The translations under genes were made by a program, and so were the position numbers. The notes below the pieces were generated by a model, which saw nothing but the letters and a program-made list of their open reading frames with translations, did no database searches and was not told the origin of the DNA. A stretch of 63,960 nucleotides of DNA, filler included, from Reticulomyxa filosa (lineage: Eukaryota; Protista; Foraminifera), in assembly GCA_000512085.1 (NCBI GenBank). It is 16 parts of 16 records of this genome, joined end to end, with 100 filler letters (N's around TTAATTAATTAA, not from the genome) between each part and the next. Parts side by side here need not be neighbours in the genome. Positions count along the whole stretch, not along the records: positions 1 to 3,851 come from ASPP01005527.1; positions 3,952 to 6,281 come from ASPP01021643.1; positions 6,382 to 10,159 come from ASPP01024962.1; positions 10,260 to 15,945 come from ASPP01008858.1; 12 more parts are not named here. One strand, given 5' to 3'. Every line of letters begins with the position of its first letter. Positions within the stretch are counted from its first letter, which is position 1. Positions 1 through 11,131 of the stretch are shown piece after piece.

Positions 1-13
1 TTATTTGCTTTAG

Positions 14-824
14 CCTAATTTCCGTGGTAGCATTGGCATGGGTGAAGTATTTGTAAATTCATTGCTAGGTTTGAAACTTTTTTTTTTCATTTTTATTTAA
101 TTTATTCCATTTTTTTTTTTTTTTTTCCATTTATGGACGAATGGTTTTTGAACGTTTGCACATGCAACGTACATGCATACGCGGTAAGTTCCATGTGGCA
201 TATGCATGTTTTTGGAAAATGAAAGGACATATTGGAAGAAAGGATATCGACGATTGCATGACTTGCTTAAAGACATTGAAAAAGTCGGGATTGCTGCCCT
301 CTTCAAACACTCCCCTTCGCCAGGTAATTGTAGGCGGCAGTCATGGAGGGTTTATCACAGGACATGCCATTGGACAATTCCCAGACGTCTTCGATTGTGC
401 CGTTGCGCGCAATCCGGTGCTGAATTTGCTTGCCGAGTTCTCTTCCACAGATATCCCGGACTGGGTGTTGGCCGAGTCCGGACTGCCATTCAATTGGGAT
501 GAGTCACTGTGCCAACCGCTGAAAGCAGACGAAGCTGCGAAGCTGCTGGAAGTGTCTCCAGTTAAATACGTTTGCCAAGTCAAAACACCACTCCAAATTA
601 TGATCGGTGGAAAAGATCGTCGCGTACCGATGGATCAATCTATCGAATATTTCAGGATTTTGAAAAACTTAAACCAACATGTTCGCTTGTTACATTATCC
701 CGATTGCCAACACTCTTTGGCCGATAATGTCGAACAGTCCACCGATGCCTGGTGCAATGTCATGGCTTTCATACATCACTATGTCAGAGGAAACGGTAGA
801 CGCTCAATTCAAAGCACCTCATAA
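14..824 (+). CDS. APEH: Acylamino-acid-releasing enzyme / S9C serine peptidase, 3' part (exons 14-68 and 226-824 visible)
   Basis: Exon 14-68 reads PNFRGSIGMGEVFVNSLL and a GT-AG intron spans 69-225. The catalytic motifs GGSHGG (Ser), GGKDRRVP (Asp) and YPDCQHSL (His) follow, along with ARNPV and STDIPDW, typical of APEH. Confidence 0.88.
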
Positions 825-1899
825 AAAATAAAAAATACATTTGATGAGCAATAATAAGGGGACATTTTATATTAGTACCTATCTCCTAATTCCAATTTTT
901 TTTTTTTTTTTATTGTTTGTTGTGTTGTTGTTACATCTTTCATTGTGCCGTATAAACTCTTTATATGCAATCTTAAGTCCATATGTCATACATTGGTGTG
1001 CAAAATAATCAATATCAACCCATTTTCCTTTCCAACGTCGGCGTTATCCACATCTTGTAAAACATTTTCAAGTGCGAGCAATTCTTTGACAAGTCAAAAA
1101 AAAAAATTTTGTGAAACATGCTTCACCAAAATTGCACGTGTGTTTTGATGTAACAATTTCATTAAGTCAATACCCATGAAGTTGTACTAGAGTAATCAAA
1201 TGATACAAGAAATCTTTTTTCTTTATTTTATTGATAATCGAAAGTGGGCGTACCTCAAAAACTCAAAAATACGTACACAAAAGACCACGAAAATGTCAAG
1301 AAGTCGAACTTTTACAAGAGCCTGGTAAGAGTAGTACTTTTTGAGATCTATCTTAATTGGAGGGGAAATGGATCAGTTTCAATTAATACACATAAACAAA
1401 AAGGTAAGAAAACCAGAGCCACGTAAGATAGACTTGGAACTTATAAAAAAAACAACCAAAAATCTTGCACATATACACTCTGTGGTCTGTAAAATACAAT
1501 AAATTAAAGGATTACAAGTGAACGAAGTACAAAGTCAAAACACGAAATTATTATATGCGTATGTTACATACTTTTTTTTTCATTAAAAAACAAAGTCATT
1601 ACTAAAATATTTTTTAAAAAATCTAAGAATAGATAGTGAGGATAAAATAAAGATTATGCAGATTTGGTCATACTTTTGCCATTGGAACTACACGTAATAT
1701 TTCAAGTGGCAGTAGGGGTGATAAAAAAGTTAAAAGCAGCAAAGAAAAAATTGGAGTGTGAACCTTGCGTGCGGAGTAAAAGTTGCGACATATTATGGGT
1801 ATATTAAATGGAAATTGGAGTGTCTATCTTTTTATTCATTACAATAATACGCTACGTAGTCGACCTAGCCAATTTTCGAGTTTTAATCAATCATTATTT

Positions 1900-2749
1900 T
1901 CAGTGGTCTGTTATTGGCTGTGTAAGTTTTGTCAAATCCAAATTTGGATTATTTGATCAAAAGAACATGACACACTTGTATCACTATCTGTTGAAATATA
2001 CACACTTGTCACTAAATCATAATGTCCATCCAATCTCTGTATTTCATGTCTTGCCTTCAAATCCCATATTTAAATTGTATTATCAGTTGGACAAAAAAGT
2101 GTTGATCTTCTGGAAAATATTTTACTTCCAGAATAAAACCTGAATGGCCTTTAAATACTTTTACTTCTTTTCCTGATTACACATTCCACATTTGAATAGT
2201 ATTATCAGTCGAACAAGAAACAATAAATTGACAATCTGTCGAAAATTTCGCAAATCTCACAGAATCTGAATATCTAACCAACTGTTTTAATTTTCAACTG
2301 TTTTTAACTTCCATAAAATAGTAGTTATGACAATACAGTCATTTGGCTATTTACTACAGTAGAATGCAAAGTAAAGTTGATCATTTTGGTTTTTTATTAA
2401 ATCTTTACTAAAAAATTTGAATATTTTATTGATTTTGAAAATTTTCGAGAAAAAGTCAATGTGTATGTATCGTAATAATTAAATTTGACAATTTTTTAAA
2501 AAATTATGTCTGAATATTGTTTTTTCATGAAGAAAATCATATTACATATCACGCCTCTGTTGTCCTGTAAAATTTTCAGTAATTTAAAATATTTGGTCTA
2601 CAATTCTAGCTTAATAATGAATTATAACTTTTATAGCTTTTTCTGACTTTTTTTGTCAAAGTGCCGTTTCAATTACAAATAACTATTAACGAGTCAATGC
2701 TTACCAATTGTGATATCTAAGTCTCTTGCTTGTTTATAGTAATACCCAT
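1900..2749 (-). pseudogene. Decayed WD40-repeat gene of the expanded family
   Basis: The minus strand reads exon 1 MGITINKQET*ISQL|gtaagc (2749-2705), a partial module SEKAIKVIIHY*AR (from 2646), then TKYFKLLKIL, then WD repeats FIVSCSTDNTIQMWNV*SGKEVKVFKGHSG and TDNTI*IWDL with stops and frameshifts. The left boundary is approximate. Confidence 0.7.
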
Positions 2750-3221
2750 TACACAGTTTTGTTATCAAGATAAAACTAATCAATGTCGGTATTACAAAGT
2801 TTGACTCTTTGAATCTCCTTTTTTTTTGTTCTTTCTTTTAGTTGGGCATACTATGAACACTTGCTTAGATAAAAATAGTAAAGATAGTTTTGAAAGATAT
2901 AAAAGCTGGAGGGGCACCCTAGTGCGCTGAATATAGAATATTTACCACTGGTATAACTATTAGAAATTTTCTTTGTAAGTGGTTTTGTTTTTGAATGACT
3001 TGCAGCCGTTACTTTTTATATCCTTTTAAGAATTTTTTCATGTCCTACTAAAAGTTTGTCAACCAAGAAAGTCAAAAGATAGGTGCATATTTGAAAATGC
3101 TTTTGAAGAAAAACAACAATGACAAAATGCATGTCGAATGCATTCTAAAGGAAGTGTGAATGGCTTTGACTTATGTTTGCACAAATGAAGATTAATTACA
3201 AAAATGTTAAATGACAAAATG

Positions 3222-3804
3222 TCAATCCAAGAAATCAGCAACAGCATCTTGTTTATCCTGATAGGAACTGATTAGTTCGCGAACATGCTGATCACTTTCC
3301 ATAAATTCATATTCATCCATTCCTTCACTTTTGTACCAATGCAAAAATGCTTTTCGTTTGAACAAACGAGCAAAAGCGCCAGAGATTCTTTGAAATAAGC
3401 CTTTAATAGCAGTGGAATTTGCAATAAAGGTTCCACTGGCAGGAGTAATTTCAGGTGGAATTGAAATAATAGCTGACTTAATATTATTGGGGATCCAACT
3501 AACACAATCTTCCGACAATTTTTCGCTGACATTTAAATAAGGATAGGTAAAAGATCGTTTTAAATCGTTTCCACGATAAAGCAAAGCCACACTCAAATAT
3601 TTACCATCTCCAGGATATATATTTGTCATAAAGTTCCTGGAAGACCACATTTGATCTGTCAATTCCTCATAAGTCAAGTGTAGTTTTGTTCCTTGCCCAT
3701 GTGCAAATATAGGACTTTGAGACATCAAAAAGAAATGTAAACGAGGAAATGGAGTCAAATTTATTGCCATTTTTCGCAAATCATTATGTAATGGGTTAGG
3801 AAAT
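3222..3804 (-). CDS. Highly divergent beta-tubulin (foraminiferal type-2-like), last exon; 5' part off contig
   Basis: Contains DLRKMAINLTPFPRLHFF, WIPNNIK, FIANSTAI, LFKRKAFLHWY and EGMDE, and ends YQDKQDAVADFLD*. The acceptor AG is at 3806-3805. Confidence 0.9.
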
Positions 3805-3811
3805 CTATTTT

Positions 3812-3848
<37 letters not shown>

Positions 3849-3851
3849 TTT

Positions 3852-3951
3852 NNNNNNNNNNNNNNNNNNNNNNNNNNNNNNNNNNNNNNNNNNNNTTAAT
3901 TAATTAANNNNNNNNNNNNNNNNNNNNNNNNNNNNNNNNNNNNNNNNNNNN
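3852..3951. other. Artificial contig spacer (first of 15)
   Basis: 44 N + TTAATTAATTAA (stops in all six frames) + 44 N. Identical spacers start at 3852, 6282, 10160, 15946, 19460, 30691, 37739, 41228, 43815, 46481, 47835, 49509, 51515, 56850 and 62452. Confidence 0.99.
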
Positions 3952-6281
3952 TACTTTGCATTCTACTGTATTTTGAAAAACGATGGAATACTTCCTTTAG
4001 TACATCAACATGTGTTGTTTCGGAATCAGTTGGCGATTAATAAATCATCAATGTATACATCAACATCGTCCATATCTCCAAATATAGATGTCATTATACG
4101 CTGGAAAGTTGCCGGAGCATTGGTGAATCCAAAACCCATTCGATTCCATTCATACAATCCCGTTGGTGTAATGAATGCTGTTTTGTACCTATCTTTTTCT
4201 CTAATAGGTACATGTAAGTATCATGAACGTATATCCAATTTTGAAAAGATACGCTTTGACTCTAACTTTTTTAAAAGATCATTTATATTTGGTAATGGCC
4301 ATTCATCTCGAATTGTTGCTTGATTAAGCTTCCTGTAATCAACACACATTCGTAACGATCATCCTTTCTTTTTTACCAATAGTACTGGCGCTGCAAATTG
4401 AGATGAGCTCGTTCGAATAATACCACTTCGTTCTAATTCTGCTACTTGTCGCTTTACTTCTTCTTGGTGCAAATGATTTAATGGATACGGTTTATTTTAA
4501 TTGGTTTTGTCCCCGCTTTCAATTCCAATTTCATTTCTGCATTGGGTATTTGCCCGATATCAAATTGATTTGTTGCTACCATTTTTTGATTATCGATAAG
4601 AAGTTGTTTTACTATCTTTCCTATTTGTGGGTTAGATGTAGTTCCAATTTTTGGTTTCAAATTTGTATTTTCATTTCTTATTTGCTCAATTATTGTTAAG
4701 TCGACATTGTTGCATAAAAATTTTTGTTTAGACTCTATATCATCAGGTGACTCTGGAATTGCATTAAATCTATTACTATCTTGCTTTCTGTTAAGTCCTT
4801 TTTTGCAATCACTTTTGTTACATATTTTATTTTTATGTTCAATTTCTGACGTCAACTCCAAATCTTGACCATCTAAAATGTCATCGGATTGTTTGCGTTC
4901 AAATCTTTCGTTCTCCAATTTTAATGCATAACCCAATCGTCGCAACGCACTCCTCGATAGAATAAAGTTATGTGGTAGATTTGGTACCACATAAAAACTT
5001 TCCTTGAAAATTATCATTGATTTGTTGTTCGCATCATTGATTGTCAACTCCAACTTTTGTTGTAGTGGTATTGATCCACCGGCGTGAATCACAATGAATG
5101 CTCTGGCATCTTTGGTTAGTAATCGATGAAATTTTCGTGCAATTTCGTCACTTACTGCGCATATTGATGCTCCTGTATCAGCAACTGCTCGTATAATTCC
5201 AATTTCCTTGGTTTGTAATTCAATTTCGATTGCATCCGGCTTCTCCATCACCTTGTCGATTCCGAGCATTGGGAGAATGTGTTCAATGTTTTGTTAAACA
5301 TGTTGTTTCTCTAGTACCTGCAATTCATTGCTGTTTTTGGTACAGTCTCGTTGTTTATGGCCTTGTTTGCCGCAACTCCAACATTCATCATTCAACTGTC
5401 GTTTGACGCCTTTATGTTCGTCGTAATGCTTTGTATCTTTTGGAAAACGCTTTTGGTGATCAATATATTTACTTTGATGCCTGTTGCTAATACGATCGCT
5501 GAATTCATTGTATTCATTGTTGCCATATTTACCACCCCATTTTTCGTTAACTGTAAAACGGTTAGTTCTATAGAATGCATTCGGATTATTTCTTTTCTGC
5601 AAATTAATTTTTTTGTTATTCGTAATTCTTTTTGTTTGTTTAAATCTATTTTTTGCTTGAATTTCGTCTTCGAATCTATTTTGAACCTTTTCTAATGCCA
5701 ACTCTGTCTCGTTCAGCGTTGTCGGATTTTGGTCTTACACTAATCTCCTTGTCAATCCGCTCAAAGATTCCAGCAACTCTTCCATCAACCTCTCGTCAGA
5801 TGGTTTTAACCTCTTTCTTGCAGGAACATTACACTCAATTGCATAATCCAGTTCCAATTTTAATGAAAACTTTGCTTGCCTCCATCTCAATAGAATATCA
5901 GCTGGATTTTCTTAAATTTCGTTGTGAACTGCAACAGATCGTTCGTTTTTTCTGCAACGTTATGCTTACCTCCAAACATTTTGCACATCCATGTCATCAA
6001 TAAATTGAATGTTTGAGGATTTTCTGCTATTGCCATCTCCTGTATTTCAATTGCCAAGCATTGAGATAATATATATATATCTCAAGCAAAAGTTGTCTTC
6101 AAGTTTATACGTAGATTTCCATGCGATGAATTGTCTGCGCCAACGAGGAAATTCATCTCGATTACCGTCGAATACATGACGAAAACGGTTATGTGGCTCT
6201 AATGCTAACTTCATTGTTGTCGCACCCAATTCCAAGTTATCCAAGTCATCATCATCATCATCACTCACCATTGGATTACCA
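3952..6281 (-). mobile_element. Degenerate Ty3/gypsy LTR retrotransposon, internal region (gag, protease, RT); fills the contig
   Basis: Contains the gag zinc knuckle CWSCGKQGHKQRDC and the aspartic protease motif VADTGA. RT motifs are SLRMCVDYRKLN, KTAFITPTGLYEWNRMGFGFTNAPATFQR and VYIDDLLI. Domain order is PR-RT. Several stops and 1-nt frameshifts occur (e.g. ~4490, ~4030). Confidence 0.93.
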
Positions 6282-6381
6282 NNNNNNNNNNNNNNNNNNN
6301 NNNNNNNNNNNNNNNNNNNNNNNNNTTAATTAATTAANNNNNNNNNNNNNNNNNNNNNNNNNNNNNNNNNNNNNNNNNNNN

Positions 6382-7462
6382 TTGTTGACCAGATCGAATA
6401 TCCCATAAACGAATACTTTTATCATCTAATACAGATAATACTGTATTTATACCATTACTAATATTTCTTGATCCATTTGGTACATATTTTACACAATTTA
6501 TTGTATCTTCATGTCCTTTCAATACAAGTAATTGTTTAGTAGTTTCAATATCCCAAATACGAACAGTTTTATCATATGATCCAGAACATATAGTATATCC
6601 ATTACCACCAATTACACCAGCAATACCACTTTTATTGTCATTATCGTCATTCATTTGTAAAGGTGAAAAATCAACACATTGTACAAAATGTTTATGTCCT
6701 CTGAAAACATGTAATGATTTGGGTTTTTCAATATCCCATAAATCAATAAAATCATTAAATGCAGGACATAAATATCTGCCACCATGAAATGGTGAAAATG
6801 TAACGCAATGAACACCTCTTCGATTGTAATCATGTAATATTTTTGATTGTTGATTATCTTTCATATCCCAAAAGCGAACGGTATAATCATAAGATGAAGA
6901 ACAGATAACATTACGATTTTTGGTATGATAATGATAAGGTGAAAATTTCACACTAAGTACAGAACTTGAATGTCCATCGAATAATTGAATTTGTGTATTT
7001 GTCTCTATATCCCATACACGAACTGTGTTATCACTTGAACCAGAACAAAGGAGTTGACGGCCATCGAGTGTTGAATAATCAATACCGTGCACACTAGAAG
7101 TGTGTCCAATACATTTTTTAAGTAATTTAGATGAACGAAAGGTTTCAAGTAAGAAGACATTAGCTGCCTATATTCAATCATAATTGTTTAAACATTTATC
7201 ATTATTAATTAAAAAAAAAAAAACAAATTAAACAGATCAATATTTAACATATTTAATAATAATTATGTCAAAATCTTTGATCCATCCTAATTTAATTTTT
7301 AATGTTCGAGTCCAATATTCAATAATCAATTGGTTCTCTTCTTCTTCGGACTGATTCAATCACAAGTAAATACAATGAGAAAACTAGTTTTTCTAAAGAA
7401 TTGAACTGAAAGCTTACTAATTCTCGCTTCGGTGAAGTTTTTTCCTTTTCAAGAGTAAGCAT
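6382..7462 (-). CDS. WD40-repeat protein of the expanded family, 3' end off contig
   Basis: Exon 1 is MLTLEKEKTSPKREL|gtaagc and exon 2 (7350-7249) is SEEEENQLIIEYWTRTLKIKLGWIKDFDIIIIKY. Exon 3 has repeated GH...CSGSxDxTVRxWD units. Confidence 0.88.
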
Positions 7463-9615
7463 TCTTTTTAACACCTGAAATTTTCTTTGATGATGCAAAG
7501 ATATATGAACTTTTTTCACTCTCACTAAATGAGGATTGTCAAAAATACTCTTTTACAGATTTGCTTTATGGCCAAATGTATGTTGTAATTTGTGCCATCA
7601 AAAAAGAAAAGAAAGAATGATAGGCAAAAATTAAGTGGTGTTACTTGTGTTATGGCTCATTTAAAGGTCCAATACACAAACAACCTGTAATCAAATATTG
7701 AATATTAATTGAATCACGTTCTTCTTTTCGTGTATTCATCCCCAAATGCGAGTTTTTGTTTTTAAGTTTTTTTAATTATACAAAGCACATCTTAAAAAAA
7801 GGGTATGGAGAACGGGATTTAAAAATTGGAGTGGAACAGAACTTTTTTAAAGTTTTTTTTGTACTAGTTGAACAAAAGAATGTTCTATAACACTTTTGTT
7901 TTTCTTAAAAAAAACTGTCTCCAAATATTTTGGATAATACTTTGAAGTGGAAATCTTACAGTTTTACACCGAGCACCTACCATAGATTGAGTACATAATC
8001 AAACAAAATTTTAAAATACTTTAGAAAATAGGAAAGAAGAAGGTTTGTTCTCGTTTCCATTTTATTTTGACATTCAAGTAATTAAAATAAATTAAGCAAA
8101 ATAAGCATTATTTTACCTCAACTACAAATTCAGCAAATGCAATTTCAAAAAATTAAATTTGATTAACGTTATTTATCATCAGACGTCAGTTCAGTGCCAC
8201 AAATTGCAATTATAAAAAAAATGACAAAAATTATCAAAGTTTAAAAAAAGGAGTAGATTTTTTATTGATGAATGAATATAATAACAAATAAAACCTATTT
8301 TGTTAAATGTCAATTATGAATTTCTGATACAATTCTTTTTTATTTTGCTCTTTTCATTGATTTTCAAAATGAAACAGCAGCAAATCTAAATTAAAGGAAT
8401 TTCATTGTAACCAAAACAGTTATTACGTATGTGGCTTGTCCCTCCTCCAAAAAAAACTTTAACATTAATTGGAGTGACTCCAAAAAAAGTAGTTTGATTT
8501 TTTATGAAACAAACATGAAAAAAGGACAAAATTGTATTGTTGTTGAGTTATTATTCAAATATTCTCTTTAATAATATTTTGCACTTTGGTCAAGAAGAAA
8601 ATCTATTTCTCGTATTATATTTGATGAAAAGAGATTAGAAAGCCCACAAATTTGTTTACAAATAAATTCATTAGACTTTTGAAATTGTAAAAAATTCATA
8701 CAAAATCTCTTTTCAAAAAAAAAAATGGAGTATTTTTTAAAATGTAAAAAAACTGAATGATTTCCTACATACAACATCTTATCAATGGATAAAACTGCTT
8801 GTCCATTTTCTTCTTTGGATAATTTTACTTGGCAATACAGTGAAGATATTGGCCTATTCTAAACGTTTTTTAATTTTTTTTGCATATTTCTCTAAAGAAT
8901 GACAAATATGTAATGTTTCTTGAGTGCATTTGAATGCAGAAGTACAAATTTGTTGAAAGAGATAAACTTGTTTCATAAAAAAACACAAACTATCTTTTTT
9001 GGAATCACTCCAATCAATACAAATAACGAAAATCATTAGATTCTTTAATATTTTTCAAAAGTTTTGATTTAAACCGATTACCTTGCAAGATTATATTTTA
9101 GATATCAAATTTTTAAATCAAACAAAAAAAAACTCAGTACACTTTTTTACTTTTTGTTAGCATCCAGCATTCACAATCTAAAGACATTTCTATCTCGGTA
9201 TTGATTTGTCTTTGCCATGAATATATTGTTATTGTTATTGAGAAATTGTTTTAAACAATTTTTCCCCAGCAACCCAACGTTTCATCCATGCCTTCATATT
9301 GAAGACAAATAAAATGACTAATTTATTTTTAAATGTTTAACTGCAACATCCTATTTTTGTCAAAAGAAGCTGAAGTTACTCCAGTCTCAACAAGTCTTTA
9401 TTTTCAAAAAGTTTCGGCTCAGTTGAAAACTTTCAACATGTTCTAGTGTGTGTCATCACCGTACGTAATATTACCCCTTTTTCATTCTTACAACGTTCCA
9501 AACATTTAAGACTTAGAAACAAAAATAACTCAATGTAAAAAAAAAAAAAAATAAAAGTCTTAAATGAATCACTTACTTATTTCTTTCAAAAAAAAAAATA
9601 ACAACAACAAAGATG

Positions 9616-10158
9616 TTATGAAGATTTTCTTTGTTGAAAAATGATATCATAATCAGTTGTATCTTGACTTTCAACACAATACCATTCACCATTTTTACTT
9701 TCACGAATATCTTGTCTGATATTGTCTAACATTTGTTTCAGTGGATATCCACTTTTGTATTTGGATTTGACAACCTTTTTCATGCAATTACTAAGCAATG
9801 AAAAATCAGCAATTTGATGTCCTTGAGTAGTTGACCAAATGGTCAAAAATCCATCATCATTATGCCCATATAATGACATACCTTTGTGTATGATTGTTCC
9901 CCTTGTCCTTATTTTATGAGAACTTGGATTATTTTTACCACGACAAACATCAATAATAAATATTTTTGGAAAATCTGTGAAAGAGTCCATTTTGTTACAA
10001 TTAAATGTCGAACGCATTTCGTCAATTGATAAAAGTTTTCCATCGCTTGCCACTAACATATTTCCATCATCTCCATGTCCACAAATTATTGTTATCAATC
10101 CATCATATTTGTTAGTATTTTTGTGAAGTTCATGCTTTACAATTGTTTTGGCTAAAAA
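9616..10158 (-). CDS. Caspase-like (clan CD, C14) cysteine protease, 5' part off contig
   Basis: Has the His motif IICGHGD and Cys motif PKIFIIDVCRG, plus a p10-like region FLTIWSTTQG. It is colinear with the paralog at 62627-63648. Confidence 0.85.
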   Translation of the reverse strand, partial: FLAKTIVKHELHKNTNKYDGLITIICGHGDDGNMLVASDGKLLSIDEMRSTFNCNKMDSFTDFPKIFIIDVCRGKNNPSSHKIRTRGTIIHKGMSLYGHNDDGFLTIWSTTQGHQIADFSLLSNCMKKVVKSKYKSGYPLKQMLDNIRQDIRESKNGEWYCVESQDTTDYDIIFQQRKSS

Positions 10159-10259
10159 TNNNNNNNNNNNNNNNNNNNNNNNNNNNNNNNNNNNNNNNNN
10201 NNNTTAATTAATTAANNNNNNNNNNNNNNNNNNNNNNNNNNNNNNNNNNNNNNNNNNNN

Positions 10260-10884
10260 AAAAAAAAAAAAAAAATGTACCCTCGGTGCCCGTCAGAATC
10301 GGAGAATTTAACATTTGCTTTCTGAACGACCATCTTTTTTTATCTTTGTTGACACGGACTTGCTGCAGAATTCCATCTATTTCTGTACATTCGGTGGTCG
10401 CGTCACTTGCACGGCGACTTGTCGCAATTGATGACGTGGTCGAGTGATGGATTGCATATTCTGGCGCGTCTGATACAAGGCTCTCGCAGAAATTACACAT
10501 CCCCCCCACAATCATATTACATATTACAATAATACGAGCTTTCTTTTGAAACACTGGAACGGAGAAGAAGACATAACAAAGAGAAAAGCACAATTACCTT
10601 TCTTCATTGTAGATATATTGTGCATGCTCGTTATTTATACTATCCTCTGTTAATAACTCTTTCAAGTATTGCTCTTCACTGTCATATACAAGAATACATT
10701 GGATGAAATAGGAGAACACAAACAAATTAGCATAAAGAGCGCAGATCCAAATAATACAGCTCAAACCGTTGCTGCGTTGCCATGGTACTGATAGTTCAGA
10801 TTCTAATTTATTCAAATCCTTTTCTATTTCGAACTTAGCTAAGACCACACCGTAAAAATGTCCATATTTGCATAAAAATGTCAA
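10260..10884 (-). CDS. Hypothetical protein with hydrophobic segments, multi-exon, partial
   Basis: Two open frames are joined by a plausible GT-AG intron near 10597-10555 and are more GC-rich than the flanks. No family was recognised and the start is uncertain. Confidence 0.4.
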
Positions 10885-11131
10885 ACGTTCAGTTTTGCAC
10901 TTTAAAAATAATTTAAAAATTTAATTTCACTTTCTTTTTTAACAACTTATTGGATAGTTGGCTATGACATGAGGAGGAACAAAGACAAAATGATCTTCTG
11001 CTGTTTTTATTGTTAAAGGCATATCCCCTGGGACGGAATACAATCTTGAAAACGTTGCTTACCACTCTAACAAAAAAAACTAAAAAGGCTGTGACGAGGG
11101 AGCCAAGAGAAAAAAAAAATTGGCAAGCAAT

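Noticed and set aside
4215-4365. Two TGA codons at Gly positions in the RT (KKKG*SLRMC, DIRS*YLHV), suggesting TGA=Gly recoding
   Set aside because: The element also has frameshifts, GGA is used normally, and host genes terminate at TGA (tubulin, Rab1). Decay or indels explain it.
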